From: an uncultured Lichenihabitans sp.
GTDB lineage: Bacteria > Pseudomonadota > Alphaproteobacteria > Rhizobiales > Beijerinckiaceae
Reading direction: 5' to 3'
Length of the DNA: 64,000 nt
NCBI GenBank assembly: GCA_964244255.1
Contig: CAXTIC010000016.1
Span: 7,695-71,694 of the forward strand
A program made the translations under genes and the position numbers. Under the pieces are notes generated by a model that worked only from the letters and a program-made list of their open reading frames with translations, was not told the DNA's origin and made no database searches. This document shows, in pieces, positions 56,981 to 64,000 of the stretch; position 1 is the first letter of the stretch; each line of letters opens with the position of its first letter.

Positions 56981-57766
56981 ATGCCCCGTTTCGCCGCCAA
57001 CCTGTCGATGATGTTCACCGAATGGCCGTTCCTCGACCGCTTCGCCGCGGCCGCGGACGCGGGCTTCGAGGCGGTCGAGTTCCTGTTCCCCTACGAACAC
57101 GCGGCCGAGGCGATCGGCGCGCGGCTCGCCGCGCACCGGCTGGAACAGGCGCTGTTCAACCTGCCGCCGGGCGACTGGGACGCGGGCGAGCGCGGCATCG
57201 CGGCCCTGCCCGGCCGCCGCGACGCGTTGGCGCGCTCCGTCGAGACCGCGCTGCGCTACGCCGAGGCGACCGGCGCCCGCGCGCTGCACCTCATGGCCGG
57301 CATCGCGCCGGCCGACGATCCGGCCCACCAGGCGGCTTACGCGGCCGCGCTCGATCTCGCGTGCGGACGGGCGGGACCCGCGGGCGTCGCCATCGTGATC
57401 GAACCGATCAACCGGCGCGACATGCCGGGCTATTTCCTGAACGACTTCGACCGCGCCGCGGCCCTCATCCGCCAACTCGGGCTGCCGAACCTCAAGCTGC
57501 AGTTCGATATCTACCACCGTCAGATCCTGCACGGCGACGTGACGCGCGGGCTCGAAGCGGCGCTGGACGTGATCGGCCACGTGCAGGTCGCCTCGGTACC
57601 AAAGCGCAACGAGCCCGGCACGGGCGAACTCGACGACGCGCGCGTGTTCGCCTCGCTCGACCGGATCGGCTACGACGGTTTCGTCGGCTGCGAATACCGT
57701 CCCGCCGGCGCGACGCTCGAGGGCCTCGGCTGGTTCGCGCCCTACCGCAGGGCGCGGACCGGCTGA
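56981..57766 (+). CDS. hyi: hydroxypyruvate isomerase family (Hyi/OtnI-like) TIM-barrel protein
   Basis: 261 aa. MPRFAANLSMMFTEWPFLDRFAAAADAGFEAVEFLFPY plus IEPIN and QFDIYH motifs. Confidence 0.9.
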   Translation: MPRFAANLSMMFTEWPFLDRFAAAADAGFEAVEFLFPYEHAAEAIGARLAAHRLEQALFNLPPGDWDAGERGIAALPGRRDALARSVETALRYAEATGARALHLMAGIAPADDPAHQAAYAAALDLACGRAGPAGVAIVIEPINRRDMPGYFLNDFDRAAALIRQLGLPNLKLQFDIYHRQILHGDVTRGLEAALDVIGHVQVASVPKRNEPGTGELDDARVFASLDRIGYDGFVGCEYRPAGATLEGLGWFAPYRRARTG

Positions 57767-57788
57767 TGCGGACGACGCGTCGCGACCC

Positions 57789-58751
57789 TCACAGCCCGAG
57801 GCTGGCGCGGACGGGTCGAGGCCAGTCGCGCGCCTCGATGCCGTGCGTCGCGAACAGCGCCACCGCGAGACGGTCCATGCCGAAGGCCACGCAGCCCGTG
57901 TGGACGCGGGCGCCGGCCGCGTCGCGCAGGTCCCACGCCTCGCCGAAATGATCGCGGTGGTTGTTGAAACTCATGCAGGCGGTGGGCGCGTCGGCGGAGC
58001 GGACCGGCACCAGGAGCTCGAATTTCAGCGCGTCGCGGACCTGCATCGCGGCCATCATCTGCCCCGTGCGGCCGAAGAACGGGTCGCTGGCCTGCTCGAC
58101 CGTGTGGGGCAGGCCGAGGGCGTCCGCCATGCCCCCGGCGCGACCGAGCCAGCGCGCGCGGAACGCCGCGACGTCCTCCGGCGCACCGATGCTTACGAAC
58201 TCCCGCATGCGGAAGGATTGGAACCGGTCGATGTCGCGCGATGGTTCGCGGCGGAAACAATCACTGGCGATGTCGAAAGCGAGGCCGCCCTCCGGGACCG
58301 GCCCTCTCCCGGCCACGATCGGGTACACGGGGTAGCATGCCGCCGGCGTCAGCACGAGGTCGCTCGATCGCAGCGACGCGGTCCAGTCGCCGCCGGCGTC
58401 GTGGCGCCCCACCGCGGCGCGGATGTCGTCCTCGGTACCGGCGAGCGCGCACACGCAGCCGAGGAGGTTGGGGAAACTCTTGAGGTAGCCCGAGCGCTCG
58501 AGCGTCCGGCGGCTCATCACCGGGGGGAAGCGCAGCACCTCCGTACCGTGCTCGCGGTGGCGCGTGATGAAGGCCGCGAGGCTGTCCACGACGGCCTCAT
58601 AGGCGCCGGTGCGTCCATACACGCCGTCGACCCCCGTCGGGTGGAACAGCGCCTCGATGGCGGCCGCCCCCAGCGGATGGCGGTCGTCGGTCGCGTCTCG
58701 CGCCCGCACGGGTGCGTTCATCGCCAAGGCTCCCAGATGTAATCGCGACAC
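57789..58751 (-). CDS. amino acid--[acyl-carrier-protein] ligase (truncated class II, methanogen-type SerRS homologue)
   Basis: 320 aa. It has a class II aaRS catalytic core without a tRNA-binding arm (RFPPVMS.. LERSGYLKSFP, FRMREFV, GMDRL). The candidate Zn triad is Cys139/Glu184/Cys287 (TPAACYP, REF, HTGCVAF). It starts 4 nt after the ACAD-like stop. Confidence 0.75.
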   Translation of the reverse strand: MSRLHLGALAMNAPVRARDATDDRHPLGAAAIEALFHPTGVDGVYGRTGAYEAVVDSLAAFITRHREHGTEVLRFPPVMSRRTLERSGYLKSFPNLLGCVCALAGTEDDIRAAVGRHDAGGDWTASLRSSDLVLTPAACYPVYPIVAGRGPVPEGGLAFDIASDCFRREPSRDIDRFQSFRMREFVSIGAPEDVAAFRARWLGRAGGMADALGLPHTVEQASDPFFGRTGQMMAAMQVRDALKFELLVPVRSADAPTACMSFNNHRDHFGEAWDLRDAAGARVHTGCVAFGMDRLAVALFATHGIEARDWPRPVRASLGL

Positions 58752-58755
58752 ACCT

Positions 58756-59988
58756 TCAGTCCACCAGCGAGTCCGGCACGCCGGCCATCAGCGCCGACAG
58801 GCCGAGGCTCGCCAGGATCCGGTCGTTGTTGATCATCAGCGGCGAGGACAGGACATCGCGCAGCAGCCGCCCCATGCTGGCCTCGCCGTCGTTGCGGTAG
58901 CCCGACAGCCCGCACGCCCGCAGGCAGGCGAGGACGGTGGCGACCGCCAGTTCCGAGCTCTCGACCTTGAGCAGCGTCATGTTGGTCTGGAACTCCAACG
59001 AGCCGAGCGCGGCCTCGTCACCGAGCGCCCGCTCGTAGCGCCGCGCCGCCGCCGCCACGAGGTCGCGCAACGACCGCAGCGAGGCCTGCGCCCGGGTCAG
59101 GTGGGACGCGCCGGGCGGCAATTGCCCCTTGTTGCGCCGGGCCGCGACCCGGGTGAAGGCCTGAGCGCGGGCGACGGCCGCGGCGGCGATGCCGGCCCAG
59201 GCGCCGGACCAGAACACGTGGGCGCTCGGCGTCATGGTGTGCGCGTGGATCTTGTCGTAGGGCACGGGCAGGATCTGCGCGCGCTCCGCATCCGCCGTGA
59301 GCTTGAAGCCCGTGCTGCAGGTGCCGCGCATGCCGAGCGTGTCCCAGCTTTGCCCGCGCTCGAGCGTGTAATCGCCGCGCAGGAGAACCACCAGGACCTG
59401 GTCCGAATGCGCGGCGTCGGCCTCGCGGCGGGCGGTCGTGACGATGCCGTCCGCTTCCGCGCCGTAGGAGATGACGGTCGCGTCGCGGTCGAGCGTGATG
59501 CGATGGCCCGCGTGACCGACGGCCGCGTCGCTCGCGCGGACGTTGCCGCCGTTGTGGCCTTCCGTCGTCGAGGACGCGAGCAGCCATTGCTCGGCGCAGA
59601 GCCGACGCAGCATGCGGGCGTGCCACGCGCTGTCGACGCCGTGGCGGCAGACGCAGGCAACCTTGATCTGATGCATCGCGAAGATCATCGCGGTGGCCGA
59701 ACACGCACGCCCCAGCCGATAGCATACGTCGGCCACCTCCGAAGGGCCGGCGCCCTCTCCGCCGAGGTCGCGCGGCACCGCGAGGCCCATGAGGCGCTTG
59801 TCTTTGAGGAGGGCGACCGCTTCCCGTGGAAAGCGCGCCTCGCGGTCCACCGCGTCGGCGTGGGCGGCGGCGACGCTTGCGACCGCATCGGCGCGGACCC
59901 GGACGCCCTCGACGGCGACTTGCGGCGGCGACGGCGCGACGCGGTCGGTCGCGAACGCCTGCCTGCTTCGAACCTCGACGCTCGCCAT
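58756..59988 (-). CDS. acyl-CoA dehydrogenase-family flavoprotein
   Basis: 410 aa with the three-domain ACAD pattern (..LMGLAVPRDLGGEG.., SSTTEGHNGGNV, DTLGMRGTCSTGF, C-terminal helical domain). Confidence 0.85.
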   Translation of the reverse strand: MASVEVRSRQAFATDRVAPSPPQVAVEGVRVRADAVASVAAAHADAVDREARFPREAVALLKDKRLMGLAVPRDLGGEGAGPSEVADVCYRLGRACSATAMIFAMHQIKVACVCRHGVDSAWHARMLRRLCAEQWLLASSTTEGHNGGNVRASDAAVGHAGHRITLDRDATVISYGAEADGIVTTARREADAAHSDQVLVVLLRGDYTLERGQSWDTLGMRGTCSTGFKLTADAERAQILPVPYDKIHAHTMTPSAHVFWSGAWAGIAAAAVARAQAFTRVAARRNKGQLPPGASHLTRAQASLRSLRDLVAAAARRYERALGDEAALGSLEFQTNMTLLKVESSELAVATVLACLRACGLSGYRNDGEASMGRLLRDVLSSPLMINNDRILASLGLSALMAGVPDSLVD

Positions 59989-60054
59989 ACTATGCCCCCG
60001 TTCGCCTCACCGTCCCGGCTTTCCTTTGAAATACGGTGAACCCCGTCGTCTGCG

Positions 60055-60185
60055 AGGAATGAAAGTCGATAAAGGTAAATTTACAATGCGAGTAATTCAT
60101 AGTTAATTATGTGTTAAATCATAGACAGAAACATCACTGTCGTCCATTAAGGTGAATGTCTGAAATTATCACTAAAACGTTGCAT
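60055..60185. promoter_or_regulatory. strongly AT-rich divergent control region with direct repeats AAWTCATAG spaced 22 bp apart
   Basis: ...gaaagtcgataaaggtaaatttacaatgcgagtAATTCATAGttaattatgtgttAAATCATAGacagaaac... It lies between the ACAD-like gene (minus) and the ACP gene (plus) and contrasts sharply with the GC-rich flanks. Confidence 0.4.
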
Positions 60186-60268
60186 TGCCGGAGCGGTCGC
60201 GCGAAGGAAACGTAGCAATCGGACCTGCGAACCATGCTGCGCGGGGCCGCCTTACCGCAGGTCCTTCG

Positions 60269-60553
60269 ATGCCGCAAAACCCCGACCCACGCCGCCTGGA
60301 CAAGGTCACGACCCTCGTCACCGGCATCCTCGCGAAATACCCGTCGTCCGGCCGGGTCGACCCCGATGGCGACCTCGCGCGTGTCGGCATGTCCTCGATC
60401 GACATGGTCGAGCTGATGCTCGCCGTCGAAGCCGAATTCGACCTCACCATTCCGCCCGGGGACATCACGCTCGCCAACTTCAGCTCCATCCGGTCCGTTG
60501 AGGCGCTCGTGGGACGGCTGCGACCGCGCGCGGAGGATGCGGCGGCGGCCTGA
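60269..60553 (+). CDS. acyl/peptidyl carrier protein
   Basis: ORF 60185..60553 trimmed to ATG 60269. It is 94 aa. The phosphopantetheine-attachment context is LARVGMSSIDMVELMLAVEAEF. Confidence 0.8.
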   Translation: MPQNPDPRRLDKVTTLVTGILAKYPSSGRVDPDGDLARVGMSSIDMVELMLAVEAEFDLTIPPGDITLANFSSIRSVEALVGRLRPRAEDAAAA

Positions 60554-60576
60554 CCGCGCTGAAAGTCCCGCCCGCC

Positions 60577-62142
60577 ATGGCGATCGAGATCCGGGTCGAT
60601 CGACGCCGCTTGCGGCGATGGCATGTCGTTCTGCGGGATCGGCTCGCGCACGGACTGCGCGGCAGCGCGGTCCGGCTGCGCGCGGTCGACGGCGAGGGTG
60701 CGCCGCCGCCGGCCTTGACCGCCCTGCTCGCGCTCGAACGTATGGTCCTGCACGGCGCACGCCCCGCCCTCTGCGACCGTCTCGACCCGGCGGCGGCCGC
60801 GCCCGATGGGACGACCGAGACCGCCACGCTGGTGATCGATTGTTCCGGCGCCGCGGACACGTCCCTCCCGGACGAGGGCGTCGCCTGCTTGCGGCCGCTG
60901 TTCGACGGCGTCCCCGGCGAGGGTGCGATGATGGGGACCCTCATGGCCGGGTCGACGCCCGGGATCGCCATCGAGGACTGCCGCTCGGGTGCGGTCCTCG
61001 CCACCGCGCGCCCCTCCGGGGAAGCCGCGAAGGGGCTCACGGGCGGCGTCGAGGCCGTCACGTCCCGCACGATGGCTCTGATCGAACGGGTCGTGGTCCG
61101 GCCCGGCCCGCCCCTCCTCCCCGCCTGGCCGTCGCTCCGCGCGCGGCCGCGACGCGTCTCGTTGGCCCGGTTGGCCGGGAGGAGCCTCGCGCATGCGGCG
61201 GTGCGCGCCATCTACCGCCTGTGCTTCAACGCACCCCATTGGCGGATCGGGTGGCGCTTCGTGGAGGGGCCGGGCGCGATCGAGCGCGGCACGCTCGCCG
61301 GCCCGCGCTGGAACAGCCTCGCCGATCCCGGCAGGAGCTTCTTCGCCGATCCGTTCCCCATGGTGCGGGACGGGCGCTGCTTCGTGTTCTGCGAACATCT
61401 CGATCACCGCGCCGGCAAGGGCGTGATCGCGGCGATCGAATGGGGGCCGTCGGGCCCGAAGGGCGGACCGGAGGTCGTCCTCGAAGAACCTTGGCACCTG
61501 TCCTACCCGTTCCTGATCGCGCACGAGGGCGCGCTGTGGATGGTGCCGGAAAGCGCGCTGACGGGCGAGGTGGCGCTCTACCGCTGCGTCGCCTTCCCCC
61601 ACCGCTGGGAGCGGGTCTCGACCTTGGTGGCCGGCGCCGAGGTCTCGGACGCGACGGTCTTCCGCCACGACGGCCGGTTCTGGATGATGTCCGCGACGCG
61701 CCGAGGCTACGGCGGCTATTCCGACACGCTCGCCATCCATCATGCGGCCGACCTTCTCGGGCCGTGGGAGGAGCACGAGGCGCGGCCGGTTCTCATCGAC
61801 GCCCTGGCGGCGCGGCCCGGCGGCGCCGTCGTCCGCCACGACGGCGCGCTCTGGCGACCGATCCAGGATTGCACCGAGGGCTACGGCAAGGCGCTGAGTG
61901 TCGCCCGGATCGACCGCCTCGACACGAAGACCTTCGCGCAGACGATCGTTCACCGCCTGGAGCCCGGCCGCTCCTGGCCCGGCACGCGCTTGCACACGCT
62001 GAACCGTTGCGGCCGGCTCGAATGTATCGACGGGTCGGCCCTGGTGCCGCGCCTGCCCGCCTTGCGTCCGGCCTTCGCGCCCCGCGATCCGGCCGGGGAC
62101 CCCGCCGCCCCGACAGCCGCCGAGACGCACCGGGCGGGCTGA
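60577..62142 (+). CDS. two-domain protein with an uncharacterised N-terminal domain and a C-terminal beta-propeller of the GH43-like / bacterial GINT1-like type
   Basis: 521 aa. The C-terminal half has HWRIGW, FFADPF, LSYPFL..EGALWMVPE, FRHDGRFWMM and RPIQDC motifs, which I associate with proteins annotated as the glucosamine inositolphosphorylceramide transferase family. The N-terminal ~200 aa is possibly formyltransferase-like. It starts 23 nt after the ACP gene. Confidence 0.6.
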   Translation: MAIEIRVDRRRLRRWHVVLRDRLAHGLRGSAVRLRAVDGEGAPPPALTALLALERMVLHGARPALCDRLDPAAAAPDGTTETATLVIDCSGAADTSLPDEGVACLRPLFDGVPGEGAMMGTLMAGSTPGIAIEDCRSGAVLATARPSGEAAKGLTGGVEAVTSRTMALIERVVVRPGPPLLPAWPSLRARPRRVSLARLAGRSLAHAAVRAIYRLCFNAPHWRIGWRFVEGPGAIERGTLAGPRWNSLADPGRSFFADPFPMVRDGRCFVFCEHLDHRAGKGVIAAIEWGPSGPKGGPEVVLEEPWHLSYPFLIAHEGALWMVPESALTGEVALYRCVAFPHRWERVSTLVAGAEVSDATVFRHDGRFWMMSATRRGYGGYSDTLAIHHAADLLGPWEEHEARPVLIDALAARPGGAVVRHDGALWRPIQDCTEGYGKALSVARIDRLDTKTFAQTIVHRLEPGRSWPGTRLHTLNRCGRLECIDGSALVPRLPALRPAFAPRDPAGDPAAPTAAETHRAG

Positions 62143-62505
62143 CGCGGGGCCGCCGCAAACGTCCGTCGATCCGCCTGCCCCCCGCGCCGCGTAGGCCATG
62201 AAATGTCGCCGGGGGTTCAAGAGCGTCGACGGGCGGACCGTGACGGGACGCCACGGCGCTCGCCGCGATGCCGAAGCGGCGGCGGCCCGCCGTCGCGCCG
62301 ACGATCGTCAGCGTCGAGGCCAGGCGCCGCATGGCGCGTCTGTAGCCGTCGACGATCGGGCGGCGCGTGGCCAGACTCCGGCGTCACTTTGCCCACCCTC
62401 GGCGGCCTTCGGCTGCGGTCGGGAGCGACCGCGCCGTCGCGACGGGCCCGGCAAGCCTCGTCAGCGGAGGCGGAGCCGTCAAGCCTCTGACCGAGTTTGT
62501 TAGCC

Positions 62506-62548
62506 CCAAGTTGGAATGTCCCCTTTGTGCGAAGTTGGAATGTCCCTT
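62506..62548 (+). repeat. left terminal repeat pair of the IS
   Basis: CCAAGTTGGAATGTCCCCT (62506-62524) and CGAAGTTGGAATGTCCCTT (62530-62548). Confidence 0.7.
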
Positions 62549-62576
62549 GTGACGGCTTGGCTGTTTCGAGGGGACG

Positions 62577-63838
62577 ATGCGCGAAGAGGTTTTGGGGATG
62601 AGCGCGTCGGAGCGCGATCGTGCGGTGTTGGTTCGGCGTCACATCGATGAGGGTCTGAGCCAGCGCGAGGCCTCGGAGCGGCTTGGCATCGGGGTGCGGC
62701 AGTTCAAACGTTTGGTACAGGATTGGCGGCGCGAGGGTGATCCTGGCCTGATGTCTCGACAGCGCGGACGTCCGTCGAACAACCGACTGGCGGGGGATCG
62801 TCGGGCCGAGATCGCAGCCCTTTTGCAAGGCAAATACGAGGGCTTCGGCCCGACGCTGGCGGCCGAGAAGCTCGCCGCCGTCGAGGGGATCACGGTGTCG
62901 GCCGAGACGCTGCGCCAGATGCAGATCGGCCTCGGCCTGTGGCGACCCAAGAAGCGCCGGGTGAACCGGCTCTTCCAACTGCGCGAACGCCGGCCGCGGT
63001 TCGGCGAACTGATCCAGATCGACGGCAGCCCGCACGCCTGGTTCGAGGGACGCGGCCCGCGCTGCGCACTGATCGTGTTCATCGACGACGCCACGGGGCG
63101 CCTGACGTCCCTGCGGTTTGCGCCCGTGGAAAGCACGCGGGCCTATCTCGAGGCGCTACGCGACCACGTGCTGGCCAACGGCCGTCCGCTGGCTTTCTAC
63201 TCGGACCGGCACGGCATCTTCCGGGTCAACGCCAAGGACGCGGCGGGCGGCGACGGCAAGACCGAGTTCGGCCGGGTCGTGGCACGGCTCGACATCGCCT
63301 CCATCCAGGCCTCACGCCACAGGCCAAGGGCCGCGTGGAACGCGCCAACCAGACGCTGCAGGATCGGCTCGTCAAGGAGCTTCGGCTGATGGAGGTCTCG
63401 TCCATCGACGCCGCCAATGCCGTCCTGCCGCAGTTCGTGGCGGCCTGGAACGAGAAGTTCGCCGTCGAACCGCGCCAGGATGCTGATGCGCATCGTCCCT
63501 GGGACGATACGCCGGACGCCCTCGACGATAGACTGGCGCGACGCGACGGGCGGACGCTGTCGAAAGCTCTGACGTTCAGATCAGATGGCACGATCTATTG
63601 TGTAAAGACCAAAGACGCAGGCATCGCCTTGCGGGGCGCCAAGGTCGAACTGCGTCATCGGCTCGATGGCACCATGACGGTCCACTACAAGGATCGCACC
63701 CTCCCCGTCACGCCGGCCCGAACCTACCCGGTGCCCGACCCCGCCGAAGACGAAAAGACCATCGATCTGCGCATCGACCACATCGTGGCGGCCCAGCGCA
63801 CCGCCGCCCTCACCATGCTGGAGGTCGGGCATGGATAA
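62577..63838 (+). pseudogene. ISNCY-like rve-domain transposase, frameshifted
   Basis: ORF 62577..63389 carries the HTH and the first half of the catalytic core (LIQIDGSPHAWF...FIDDATG...YSDRHGIFRVN). The continuation TPQAKGRVERANQTLQDRLVKELRL... is in ORF 62939..63838. The frames switch near 63320-63335. Confidence 0.7.
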
Positions 63839-63917
63839 CGCCGGCTCCCTACGGCGCTGTGGGAGGGCGCGCGTCGCCGGCGTTACCCACACCCTCGCGT
63901 CCCGCCCAGAACCAGAC

Positions 63918-63962
63918 AGGGGACATCCCAACTTGGGAGAACTAGGGGACATTCCTACTTCG
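63918..63962 (-). repeat. right terminal repeat pair of the IS (inverted)
   Basis: Reverse complements CCAAGTTGGGATGTCCCCT (63918-63936) and CGAAGTAGGAATGTCCCCT (63944-63962). Confidence 0.7.
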
Positions 63963-64000
63963 CGTGTCCGGGGTTCAGAGACATGTGAGACGGGTTGCGT

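Larger units (their letters stand above)
62506..63962. mobile_element. ISNCY (IS1202-group)-like insertion sequence, about 1.46 kb
   Basis: It is bounded by inverted ends that each carry two copies of a ~19-bp motif, and it encloses a single rve/DDE transposase gene. The exact termini and any target duplication are not resolved. Confidence 0.6.

Noticed and set aside
60172-62220. 682-aa minus-strand ORF, and the 567-aa plus ORF 60498..62201
   Set aside because: They are alternative frames over the ACP and propeller-fusion genes. Their Arg/Pro/Gly-rich translations lack motifs.

Overview
High-GC alphaproteobacterial-type chromosome segment; the taxon is inferred from gene content and synteny only. 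From 0 to 17.7 kb it looks core-like. It holds tRNA-Ala(CGC), DUF1036-pyk, an LTXXQ/CpxP-like gene with its OmpR/HK pair, a large T1SS-type seven-repeat beta-propeller protein, and a complete kdpFABCDE operon followed by a PtsN (EIIA-Ntr) paralogue. From 18.3 to 31.2 kb an IS91 transposase remnant borders a catabolic block that ends at tRNA-Ala(GGC). The block contains a TIM-barrel-like hypothetical, an AstE/AspA-type deacylase, RidA, a DSD1-type PLP enzyme, an amidohydrolase, a sugar-type ABC importer, IclR and an MlrC/M81 peptidase. TIGR02300-aroA-cmk lies at 31.5-34.1 kb. From 34.2 kb to the end the window looks accessory. First comes a 16-kb single-strand array: three glycosyltransferase-only genes, two giant GT2 fusions, a methyltransferase, an RTX-like protein, a roughly 16-repeat Sel1 protein and a HlyB(C39-like)/HlyD type I secretion pair. 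Next is a compact five-gene pyrimidine-de-novo-like operon (DHOD-DHOase-ODCase-PRTase-ATCase). Then come a TA-flanked IS630 with a frameshifted transposase, and hyi. A SerRS-like amino acid:[carrier protein] ligase cluster (ligase, ACAD-like, ACP, beta-propeller fusion) follows, arranged around a strikingly AT-rich divergent control region. A frameshifted ISNCY-like element closes the window. Most other long ORFs in the six-frame track are antisense shadow ORFs typical of high-GC DNA. The best candidates for undescribed biology are the accessory pyr-like operon, the aa:CP-ligase cluster and the glycosyltransferase/RTX/Sel1/T1SS array. All functional calls come from by-eye motif recognition, and no database search was possible.
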